From NCBI GenBank assembly GCA_947631325.1, contig CANRKX010000001.1:12450-76449 (forward strand): DNA of 64,000 nt. Direction: 5' to 3'. The notes below the pieces were generated by a model. That model ran no database searches. It had not been told where the DNA came from and saw only the letters and a program-made list of their open reading frames with translations. The position numbers were made by a program, and so were the translations under genes. This DNA comes from an uncultured Clostridia bacterium (lineage in GTDB: Bacteria; Bacillota; Clostridia; Christensenellales; Borkfalkiaceae). Positions 35,885 to 44,370 of this stretch are shown piece by piece (position 1 is the stretch's first letter; each line of letters opens with the position of its first letter).

Positions 35885-37444
35885 TTAATTTTCTATTTTA
35901 GTGACAAAGTTTCCACTGAACATTTCAGATTTTTGATTTATCACTACATAATTTCCTTCTATTCCAAGGTTTGTAACGTATTCATTATCGTCAGATGACT
36001 TTTGGACTCTTACAGTGAATTCATTTACACCTTTATCGGTTATCTCCGCGACCTTAAATTCTCTAGCTTGGTTTATTCCGCCTACTCCATCGGTTGCAGC
36101 TCCGTTATCAATGAAAAGTCGTGTTGACCCTTCAGTCAAATTGTGTTCGCAAGCCCCAAAGATTGCTTCTACTAACGAATCTCTTGTACCTTGAATCGAT
36201 TTGGTATAACCAAAATTATAATCTCTATTATAGTTAGAAGCGGTTGATTTACTAATAGTTTCATTGATATTGTCTTTTGTAAGATTTTTTACATCTATTG
36301 AACTTGCAAGAGTGATAGTTCCAATTCCATAAACATAGTTGTCAGTTCCGCTTTCATAAGTCGCTGCAAATTTAATTTGATTGATTTGGTCACTTTCACC
36401 AAGATCCCATTTGGACTCTATCAATTTTTCTGCATTAAAGGCTTTACCAAATACAGTTTTACCAATTTGATTAAGGAATGTGTTGTTTAAAGCGGAGTAA
36501 ACTGTCTGAGCAACCTCTCCCTTGGTCAGATCTTCAACCTTTTCAATCTTGTCTGTCTCAGGATCTACTGGAGTTACTGGTGTGTCAGGGTCTTTTTCAG
36601 GATTGCTAGGGTCGTCAGGATCTTTTTCAGGATTGCTAGGGTCAACAGTAGGAGATTGCTTAAATGTTTCATCTGCAAGGCTATAGCTTGTTGAATAGAG
36701 TGTAGCTTGACCGTCTTGTTTTACAGCATAAGTTGCTGTCTCTTCATACGCGAAGACCTTGTTTGGATTGTCAAGATTTTGCATTAAGTTTTCTTTTGTG
36801 TTGTTATCAACGATTACCGAGATTTTGCCGGTCTTGTAAACTCCGTCTTTAAGGTATGTGAGTACAAATTCTCTTACATTGCCGCCGAGAGGGGAGAATT
36901 CAGATTCAGAGAATACCTTTAAGTCAGCATTCCCGATATTTGCAAGAGCAAACAATTTTGCCGATAAGTCAGCATTTTCCTTATTCTCTTTTGAGTCAAA
37001 TTCAAAGACCGTCGTCTTTTGTGTAGTATATTGAACGCTTTCTACCGAGCCGCTTACTATATCGTCCAAAACGACCGTCGGTGAAATGTTTGCCGTAACA
37101 ATATCGATTTTGCGCTTTGTATTGTCAATCTTGTATGTATATACCGCTGTTAAGGTACTTAACTCATTGTTTGAATTTGCACCTATCGAAACGGTTTCGG
37201 CGAGCAATTGCTTGTCGGAAGTTAAAGCCGAAAACTTTTCACGATAAAATTCAACCGCCTTGTCAGAATGGTCTTTTATAAAATCCGCAAAGGTTATGGG
37301 TTCTGTTCCCTCATCTTCTGACTCATTACCGCCGACGGGAGGGTTTACGTTTGTAGTTTCGTTATCCGAACAAGCAGAAAATGCGAACGCGCCGCTCAAT
37401 GCAACAAGTGCCGCTAAAATCAAAGTTAAAAGTTTTTTCTTCAT
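35885..37444 (-). CDS. Predicted lipoprotein of unknown function (two domains joined by a Pro/Asp-rich repeat linker)
   Basis: Signal peptide with lipobox MKKKLLTLILAALVALSGAFAFSAC. AAGGAG RBS precedes ATG 37444. Composition is strongly AT-shifted relative to its neighbours. I recognise no family. Confidence 0.8.
   Translation of the reverse strand: MKKKLLTLILAALVALSGAFAFSACSDNETTNVNPPVGGNESEDEGTEPITFADFIKDHSDKAVEFYREKFSALTSDKQLLAETVSIGANSNNELSTLTAVYTYKIDNTKRKIDIVTANISPTVVLDDIVSGSVESVQYTTQKTTVFEFDSKENKENADLSAKLFALANIGNADLKVFSESEFSPLGGNVREFVLTYLKDGVYKTGKISVIVDNNTKENLMQNLDNPNKVFAYEETATYAVKQDGQATLYSTSYSLADETFKQSPTVDPSNPEKDPDDPSNPEKDPDTPVTPVDPETDKIEKVEDLTKGEVAQTVYSALNNTFLNQIGKTVFGKAFNAEKLIESKWDLGESDQINQIKFAATYESGTDNYVYGIGTITLASSIDVKNLTKDNINETISKSTASNYNRDYNFGYTKSIQGTRDSLVEAIFGACEHNLTEGSTRLFIDNGAATDGVGGINQAREFKVAEITDKGVNEFTVRVQKSSDDNEYVTNLGIEGNYVVINQKSEMFSGNFVTKIEN
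36585..36644 (-). repeat. Tandem 2 x 30-bp in-frame repeat inside the lipoprotein gene
   Basis: tcagggtctttttcaggattgctagggtcg followed by tcaggatctttttcaggattgctagggtca (2 mismatches). It encodes DPSNPEKDPD twice. Confidence 0.9.
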
Positions 37445-37624
37445 GCATTTGCTCCTTTGTGCGGCGAAAAAAAAGTGTGCTCCCGAAAGAGCACACCGCA
37501 CGGTATCTCTTACGGCTACCACACCTACAAACCTAATCTCGAAAGAAAAAAATTAAATTCAAAAGAGATACACAATGCCAAGATTGTGTAATTCCTCAAG
37601 ATTAATTCAGTTTGTAAATGTGGT
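37445..37624 (-). ncRNA. Candidate structured 5' leader (riboswitch/attenuator) or small RNA upstream of the lipoprotein gene
   Basis: It lies downstream of a consensus promoter. Hairpin tacacaat/attgtgta (37590-37569) is followed by a T-rich run. A second hairpin gtgtgctc/gagcacac (37496-37475) is followed by T8 (37474-37467), ending about 10 nt before the RBS at 37457-37452. Confidence 0.45.
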
Positions 37625-37630
37625 GACTAA

Positions 37631-37659
37631 AATATATCACGCAAGAGAAAAATTGTCAA
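37631..37659 (-). promoter_or_regulatory. Near-consensus promoter driving the leader and lipoprotein gene
   Basis: On the minus strand: TTGACA (37659-37654), 17-nt spacer, TATATT (37636-37631), with TG at the extended -10 position. Confidence 0.6.
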
Positions 37660-37672
37660 GGGTAATGGGTTC

Positions 37673-37714
37673 AAAAAAAGTTGAAGGCGCGCGCGGAAGT
37701 TTTCCGCGCGCGCC
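37673..37714 (-). terminator. Terminator of the miaB-mutSL-miaA operon
   Basis: 13-bp GC stem ggcgcgcgcggaa/ttccgcgcgcgcc, followed on the minus strand by TTCAACTTTTTTT. It lies 18 nt after the stop at 37732. Confidence 0.75.
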
Positions 37715-37731
37715 CATTCTATATACAATAA

Positions 37732-38946
37732 TTATAAAAGTTTGGTCAAAATGCGTTGCAGGGCGTATTTTCCGTGCTCGTAGGTGAGCCCGCCCTGAAA
37801 ATAGGCGACATAGGGCGGCTTGACGGGTCCGTCCGCCGAAAGCTCAATTGAGGCTCCCGCAACGAAGGTGCCCGCCGCCATTATGATTTTTTCGTCATAG
37901 CCGGGCATATCCCACGGCTCGCAGGTGACAAAGCCGTCCACGGGCGAGCAATACTGCACTTCACGGATGAAATTTATCATTTTTTCTGCGCTGCCGAACT
38001 CGATGGCGCGCGTTATGTCGTGCGGGGTCTTGCCGATCTCGGGATAATTTTTATACCCCAGCCCGCTCATTGCGCGCCCTATCAAAAGCGAGCACTTGAT
38101 TGCCTGCGCAACCGTGTGCGGTGCCATAAACAGCCCCTGATAATAATATTGATAGCCATACGCATACGAGCCGACCTCAAGCCCGATCGACGGCGCGGTC
38201 AGCCGCTTGCCTATTTGGTCGATATATTTTTGACCGCCGCAGATATAGCCGCCCGTCGTCGCAAGCCCGCCGCCCGCGTTTTTTATGAGCGAGCCGACGA
38301 TTATGTCCGCCCCCACTTCCACGGGCTCCTTTATTTCGACGAATTCGCCGTAACAGTTATCGACGAAAATACAGCCCCCAAAGCCGAGCGAGCGCACAAA
38401 GGCGCAGACTTCGCCGATTTCCTCGCAGGAAAAGGCGTCGCGAAGCTCATATCCTCGCGACCGCTGAATGTAGACGACTTTGACCGAGCCATCTAATTGC
38501 TGTTTTATTTGTTGTAAGTCGAATTTGCCGTCCTTGAGGTCGCAACAGGCGAATTTTACGCCGAAATCCTTTAAACTGCCGCAATTTTCCCCGAAAATGA
38601 CGCCGCGGATAGTGTCATACGGCATGCCGCTGATACATAAAAGCGTGTCATTGGGGCGCAGCAAGCCGAACAGCGCGACGGTCAGGGCGTGGGTTCCCGA
38701 CAAAAGATGGGGCGAAACAATGCCCGCCTCGGCTTTAAAGCACCTTGCATAGAGTCTGCCGAGTCCGTCCCTTCCCTCGTCGCCGTAGCCGTAACCCGTC
38801 GTGCCGTTGAAGTGCCGCAGGGCGATTTGTTCCTCTCTGAAGGCGTCCAGCACCTTCGCTTGATTGAAATATGCAATTTCGTCGGCAAGCGCAAACTGCC
38901 CCTCAAGCGACTTTTCGCATTCCTCAATATATTTTTCTATATCCAT
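37732..38946 (-). CDS. PLP-dependent lyase-like protein (Cys/Met-metabolism fold; 'aluminium resistance'/YnbB-like family)
   Basis: 404 aa and YnbB-like from memory (GYGYGDEGRD, SLIKNAGGGLA). Its ATG directly abuts the miaA stop. Confidence 0.8.
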   Translation of the reverse strand: MDIEKYIEECEKSLEGQFALADEIAYFNQAKVLDAFREEQIALRHFNGTTGYGYGDEGRDGLGRLYARCFKAEAGIVSPHLLSGTHALTVALFGLLRPNDTLLCISGMPYDTIRGVIFGENCGSLKDFGVKFACCDLKDGKFDLQQIKQQLDGSVKVVYIQRSRGYELRDAFSCEEIGEVCAFVRSLGFGGCIFVDNCYGEFVEIKEPVEVGADIIVGSLIKNAGGGLATTGGYICGGQKYIDQIGKRLTAPSIGLEVGSYAYGYQYYYQGLFMAPHTVAQAIKCSLLIGRAMSGLGYKNYPEIGKTPHDITRAIEFGSAEKMINFIREVQYCSPVDGFVTCEPWDMPGYDEKIIMAAGTFVAGASIELSADGPVKPPYVAYFQGGLTYEHGKYALQRILTKLL

Positions 38947-39843
38947 TTATATAAGCTCCATTATTACTTTTGCCGTCGCTTCTGCGGGCGGAAGCCAAAC
39001 GATATCGGGCAATTTTTTGAAAAAAGTTATCTGCCGTTTGGCGTAATGGCGTGTATTTTTCTTAATTATGTCACGCATAGTACTCTCATTATCGCCATTT
39101 TTCATACATTGAAGCACTTCTTTGTAGCCGATTGCCTGCATTGATTGGCAATTTTCATCTACCCCGCTACTCAAAAGATTTTTGACTTCCTCAACAAGCC
39201 CGCGTTCAAACATATCGTCCACGCGCATATCAATTCTTCTGTACAGCTCATCTCTCGGATAATCTATCGCGATTGCAAGATAGGGATAGCGCGCAATCAA
39301 TTTATCGTGCTGGTCGGACTTCTTCTTTCCGCTCGCTTCATATATTTCAAGCGCCCTTATCACCCTCTTCGTGTCGTTAACATGTAATTTTACCGCCGTC
39401 TCGGGGTCAACAGCTTTTAAAAGCTCAAAAACATACTCTTTCCCGCGAGTTTCAAGCATTTTTGCATACTTTTCCCTTATTTCGGGGTCTGCCGCCGTCT
39501 TTCCGTAGCCCAAATCAAACAACAGCGAATTTATATAAAATCCCGTTCCCCCGCAGATTATCGGCGTTTTCCCGCTCGAAATCAGCCTGTCAATCACGGG
39601 TTTTGCGGCATTTTCATAGTCATAAACGCTATAACTGTCCTTGGGGTCGGCAACGTCAATCATATGGTGAACTACGCCCCGTCTTTCGCCCTCGTCGGGT
39701 TTTGCAGTGCCGATATCCAACCCCTTATAAACGAGTTCGGAGTCCGCCGATATTATTTCCGTATGCAATTTCAGCGCGAGGTCGACCGCAAGCGCCGTTT
39801 TGCCCGTCGCGGTCGCGCCGCAGATGACGACAATTTTAGGCAC
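38947..39843 (-). CDS. miaA: tRNA dimethylallyltransferase
   Basis: P-loop ICGATATGKT and GGTGFY. A GTG start directly follows the mutL stop. Confidence 0.92.
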   Translation of the reverse strand: MPKIVVICGATATGKTALAVDLALKLHTEIISADSELVYKGLDIGTAKPDEGERRGVVHHMIDVADPKDSYSVYDYENAAKPVIDRLISSGKTPIICGGTGFYINSLLFDLGYGKTAADPEIREKYAKMLETRGKEYVFELLKAVDPETAVKLHVNDTKRVIRALEIYEASGKKKSDQHDKLIARYPYLAIAIDYPRDELYRRIDMRVDDMFERGLVEEVKNLLSSGVDENCQSMQAIGYKEVLQCMKNGDNESTMRDIIKKNTRHYAKRQITFFKKLPDIVWLPPAEATAKVIMELI

Positions 39844-41805
39844 TTACACTATCCTCTTGAACATTTTCTCTATTTCGCGCTTGCTCAGCTTTACGCAGAC
39901 GGGTCTGCCGTGCGGACATTTCAAGCCGACGTTGCCTTCCATCATCTTGAAAAGTCTGTCAATTTCCTGTTCGGTAAGTCTCATTCCGCCCTTTATTGCG
40001 TGTTTGCAGGCGGTCATGGCGAGCCTGTCCTTCAAAACTTCCTCAAGTTTTATATCCCTATAACTCTGCATTTCGGACAAAATGTCGTCGAAAAATTCTC
40101 TTACGTTAATCTCTTGCAAATCGGACGGCACTTCGGTAATTTTATACACGTTTGTGCCGAAATACTCCAAAGTAAAGCCGATTTCTTCCAAAACCTCGGT
40201 ATTTTTTTGTATAAAAACGGTTTCCTCGGGGTTTAAATCGAGAATATACGGAAAGAGCATGGGCTGGCGCATTACCCGCCGACGTTTGATATTTTCGGTC
40301 AAGTCGTCATAAATAATCCGCTCATGCGCGGCATGTTGGTCGATAAAATAGATATCGTCGCGCCGCTCATATATTAAATACGTATTGAAGATTGTGCCGC
40401 AGAATTTAAAAGTGTCGTAAAGCATCCTTTCCTGCATGCCTGCGGCGTATCTCTCTTCAATCTCCTTCGCGCGCGCCAAACTTTTTGCCTGTAAAGCGGC
40501 GTCCGCCACGCGCATCGGGTCCTTTGTGGGCGAGGAACCCAAATCGATCATTTCGACTTTTGTTCGATAGTATTCAGTCAGCGGCATGTCGAATTCGGGA
40601 TTGAAAAAATTCATGTCGCTGTCGCGTTCTTCCTTTGGCTTGACGACGGGCGTCGGTTCAAAATTTTCGTCGAACTTGCCGTTGGCGTTTTGCGGTTTGT
40701 ATTTATCAATCAACTCGCGCGGAATTTCCTTGACATCCACGTTGCTCGGCTGCGTCTCTTTCGGCACGGTGGATTTGACTTCGGGTATCCTTGTGCTCGA
40801 TATAACGAATTCCGCCGCCGAAGCGTTTCCGTCGAGAACGGACGAAATAATCTTATAAATTACTCCGAAAACAAGATGATTGTCAATAAATCGCACGTCA
40901 GCCTTATTGGGGTGGACATTGACGTCGACTATATCGGAAGGCATATCCACATTCAGAACATAAAAGGGAAACTGCCGCTTCATGGCATAGCTTGCATAGG
41001 CGTTTGAAATCGCCGTGGCGATAGTGTTGTTTACAATGTATCTGCCGTTCAAAAACAGGCTTTGATAGCTCTTATTCGGCTTGAAAAAGTTTTGATTGCC
41101 GATAAATCCATAGACGTGCAGTCCGTCTTTATCTGCGTCCAACTTGAAACATTGCGAGACTGTTTTTGCACCGTACACCTGCGCGACCGCCTCTTCAAGC
41201 CCTCCGCCGAGAGATTGGATTGTAAGTTTGCCGTCAACATAATATTTAAATCTTATTTTGGGATTGCCGAGGACAAATCTTGTAATAAATGACGTTATAT
41301 CGGCTTCTTCCTTTTTGTCGGGCTTCATGAATTTCGCGCGTGCGGGCGTATTATAAAAAAGGTCTTTTACGGTAATTTGTGTGCCTTTATGTGTAGCTGC
41401 GGGCATAATTTCGCCCGTTTCGCCGCCCTCGCACGTTATTTTATAGCCCTGCTCTCCCTCGACCGCAGAAATAATTTCAACTTTGGATATCGCCGCTATG
41501 CTTGCAAGCGCCTCGCCGCGGAAACCGAGAGTTGTTATCGCGTCCAGATCGTCCACGCAGGAAATCTTGCTTGTAGCATGCGGCATAAAAGCCGCGGGCA
41601 AATCGTCTTTTTCAATGCCCGTGCCGTTATCGACGACCCTGATATATTGTTTTCCGCCGCCCTCGATATAGATTTCAATCTCGGTGGCTTTCGCGTCGAT
41701 ACTGTTTTCAACAAGTTCTTTGACTGCGGAGTACGGTCTGTCAACCACCTCGCCAGCCGCTATCCTGTTATAGACGGCTTTTGAAAGCAAATTAATCTTT
41801 TTCAT
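39844..41805 (-). CDS. mutL: DNA mismatch repair protein MutL
   Basis: GHKL N-terminal domain (IAAGEVVDRPYSAVKELVENSIDA, DNGTGI) and C-terminal endonuclease/dimerisation motifs (DQHAAHERI, CPHGRP). Confidence 0.95.
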   Translation of the reverse strand: MKKINLLSKAVYNRIAAGEVVDRPYSAVKELVENSIDAKATEIEIYIEGGGKQYIRVVDNGTGIEKDDLPAAFMPHATSKISCVDDLDAITTLGFRGEALASIAAISKVEIISAVEGEQGYKITCEGGETGEIMPAATHKGTQITVKDLFYNTPARAKFMKPDKKEEADITSFITRFVLGNPKIRFKYYVDGKLTIQSLGGGLEEAVAQVYGAKTVSQCFKLDADKDGLHVYGFIGNQNFFKPNKSYQSLFLNGRYIVNNTIATAISNAYASYAMKRQFPFYVLNVDMPSDIVDVNVHPNKADVRFIDNHLVFGVIYKIISSVLDGNASAAEFVISSTRIPEVKSTVPKETQPSNVDVKEIPRELIDKYKPQNANGKFDENFEPTPVVKPKEERDSDMNFFNPEFDMPLTEYYRTKVEMIDLGSSPTKDPMRVADAALQAKSLARAKEIEERYAAGMQERMLYDTFKFCGTIFNTYLIYERRDDIYFIDQHAAHERIIYDDLTENIKRRRVMRQPMLFPYILDLNPEETVFIQKNTEVLEEIGFTLEYFGTNVYKITEVPSDLQEINVREFFDDILSEMQSYRDIKLEEVLKDRLAMTACKHAIKGGMRLTEQEIDRLFKMMEGNVGLKCPHGRPVCVKLSKREIEKMFKRIV

Positions 41806-44368
41806 TCTTTACCTTCTCAATCAGGTCGCCCAAAAGCATAAAAGCCTGCATGGGCGAAAGTGAATTTAAATCTGTCTCTTCAAGTATTTTTTCGACTTCA
41901 CTGCGGGGATTTTCAGCCTCGTCCTGTTCTTCGACATGCGAACTCTGCCCCTTTTCAACAAGTTTGAGAATTTGCTTCGCCCTGTCGGTCACTTCCGTCG
42001 GAACGCCTGCGAGGGCTGCAACTTCAATACCGAAGCTCCTGTTTGCCCCGCCGCGCATTATCTTTCTTAAAAATACAACCTGTCCGCCTATCTCTTTGAC
42101 GGCTATCTTATAATTTTTAACTCCCTCAATCTTGTTTTCGAGTTCCGTCAATTCGTGATAATGGGTTGCAAAGAGAGTTTTTGCGCCGACGTTGCGGGTA
42201 AGATGTTCGATAACCGCCCACGCTATACTCAAACCGTCATATGTGCTTGTCCCTCTGCCCACTTCGTCGAGGATTAAAAGGCTGTTTCTTGTGGCGTTTC
42301 TGAGAATCGTCGCAACTTCTATCATCTCGACCATAAAGGTACTTTGGTCGGAAACGAGGTTGTCGCTCGCCCCGACTCGGGTGAAAATTCTGTCGGTTAT
42401 GGGTATTTGCGCGCTTTTTGCGGGCACAAAACAGCCCATATGCGCCATAATCGTCATAATGGCAATCTGCCGCATATATGTACTTTTGCCCGCCATATTG
42501 GGACCTGTCAGAATTATCGTTCTATTCTCGCCGCAGTCGATAAAGGCGTCGTTCTGTATGAATTTTTCCTTGGAAATCGCCTCGACCACGGGGTGACGAC
42601 CCTCTTTAATTATTAAAGGTTCCCCAAGTTCCACAATCTGCGGGCGGACATAGCGATTTGACTTTGCTGTTTCGGCAAAGCAGGAAATCATATCCAAAAG
42701 GGCAAACGCAGATGCAATCTTCTTGAATTGCGCTATCCTCTGCGATAATCCTTCCTTTATAACGTTATAAAGCTCAATTTCAAGCTTAAACGCCTTGTCC
42801 GCGCTCGTCAGAATTTTTTCTTCAAGCTCCTTTAATTCCTCCGTCCAATATCTCTCGGCATTTGCAAGAGTCTGGCGGCGCTGATAGTGCACGGGCACCT
42901 TATCCTTAAAGGACTTGGTCACCTCTATGTAATAACCGAAAACCCGATTATAGTGAATTCTTAAATTTTTTATGCCCGTGGCGTCGCGCTCGCGGCTCTC
43001 CATGGCGTTGATAAGATCTACCGCGTTCTTGTTTATGGCGTGCAGTTCGTCAAGTTCGGCGTTAAATCCGTCCCTTATGAAATTTCCGTCGTTTGCGTTG
43101 TTCGTCGCCTTTTTGCAGTCAATTGCGCTGTCAATTAGTTCGGTGACGTCATGCATATCGATAAGATTTTCGCAAATATCATTCAAAATTGCCGAATTAA
43201 AGCCCGAAAGTTGAAGTTTTATGTTGGGTATAACGGAAAGCGACGCCGAGAGCGAAAGGCAATCTTTGGGCGATATAACGTTGTTGCTTATCTTACCCGC
43301 TATCCTTTCCACGTCCTTAACGTTTGAAAGAAGTTCCTGAACGCTGAGACGGACGACTGTACTTTCAAATAGCTCCTCCACCCCGTCAAGCCGATAATCG
43401 ATATCGCTCTTCGACCTTAAAGGATAGAGTATTGATGAATTGAGAAGGCGCGCGCCCATTGCCGTCCTCGTCTTGTCAAGAAGCCAAAGCAACGACCCGT
43501 ATCTGTTGCCGTCCGATAAAGTTTTGACTATTTCGAGATTGCGGAGAGCGACGTTGTCCAGCTGAAGATATTGTTCTGATTCAAGATAGGTTATATCCGT
43601 TATATTTTTAAGCGCGTGTTTTTGGGTCTCCTGCAAATATTCAAGCAAGGCTCCCGTCGCGCATATCGCCGCGTTTTTGCCGAAAATGGAGAAAGATGCG
43701 AGCGATTTGACGTTGAACTGTTCCATAAGCCGTCTCTCCGACGAGGAATAGGCAAAAGCCTGAGAAAGATAGCTTGAAAAGGGAGGCAAGAGCTTCCGCG
43801 ACACTTCGGGGCAGCCCTTAGCCGCAAACAGCATTTCGTCGTTGCAGATTACTTCCTTCACCTCTATTTTGAGCATCTGCGCGATGCACTTTTGGAGGGA
43901 ATCGACAAAATATTCCGTTGCCGTGAGCGCACCCGTAGTTATATCTGCCCACGCAAGCGCAATCTTATCGTCCTTTTTATAGGCACAACAAATGAAATTA
44001 TTTGATTTTTCGTTTAAGCCGATATCGGTCGTCAATGTTCCGGGGGTGACGACGCGAATTACATCGCGCGCAACCATTCCCTTTGCCGTTGCGGGGTCCT
44101 CGAGCTGTTCGCATATGGCAACCTTTTTGCCCAACGAAATGAGTTTTGCTATATATCCGTCCGCCGCATGATAGGGAACGCCGCACATCGGCGCCCTCTG
44201 TTCAAGCCCGCAATCGCGCCCCGTTAAGGTGAGGTCGAGCAGTTCCGAAGCTTCAACGGCGTCGTCAAAAAACATCTCGTAAAAATCGCCGAGACGATAA
44301 AAAATAATGCAATCCTTATACCTGTCTTTGACCGACAGAAAGTGCTTCATCATTTCCGACAGAGCCAT
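41792..44368 (-). CDS. mutS: DNA mismatch repair protein MutS
   Basis: Mismatch-binding N-terminus (FYRLGDFYEMF), Walker A GPNMAGKST, DEVGRGTST. ATG 44368 is preferred over TTG 44374, which overlaps the miaB stop. Confidence 0.95.
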   Translation of the reverse strand: MALSEMMKHFLSVKDRYKDCIIFYRLGDFYEMFFDDAVEASELLDLTLTGRDCGLEQRAPMCGVPYHAADGYIAKLISLGKKVAICEQLEDPATAKGMVARDVIRVVTPGTLTTDIGLNEKSNNFICCAYKKDDKIALAWADITTGALTATEYFVDSLQKCIAQMLKIEVKEVICNDEMLFAAKGCPEVSRKLLPPFSSYLSQAFAYSSSERRLMEQFNVKSLASFSIFGKNAAICATGALLEYLQETQKHALKNITDITYLESEQYLQLDNVALRNLEIVKTLSDGNRYGSLLWLLDKTRTAMGARLLNSSILYPLRSKSDIDYRLDGVEELFESTVVRLSVQELLSNVKDVERIAGKISNNVISPKDCLSLSASLSVIPNIKLQLSGFNSAILNDICENLIDMHDVTELIDSAIDCKKATNNANDGNFIRDGFNAELDELHAINKNAVDLINAMESRERDATGIKNLRIHYNRVFGYYIEVTKSFKDKVPVHYQRRQTLANAERYWTEELKELEEKILTSADKAFKLEIELYNVIKEGLSQRIAQFKKIASAFALLDMISCFAETAKSNRYVRPQIVELGEPLIIKEGRHPVVEAISKEKFIQNDAFIDCGENRTIILTGPNMAGKSTYMRQIAIMTIMAHMGCFVPAKSAQIPITDRIFTRVGASDNLVSDQSTFMVEMIEVATILRNATRNSLLILDEVGRGTSTYDGLSIAWAVIEHLTRNVGAKTLFATHYHELTELENKIEGVKNYKIAVKEIGGQVVFLRKIMRGGANRSFGIEVAALAGVPTEVTDRAKQILKLVEKGQSSHVEEQDEAENPRSEVEKILEETDLNSLSPMQAFMLLGDLIEKVKNEKD

Positions 44369-44370
44369 AT

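Noticed and set aside
37575-37787. 70-aa plus-strand ORF
   Set aside because: It runs antisense across the leader promoter, the GC terminator and the 3' end of the PLP lyase-like gene. It has no RBS.
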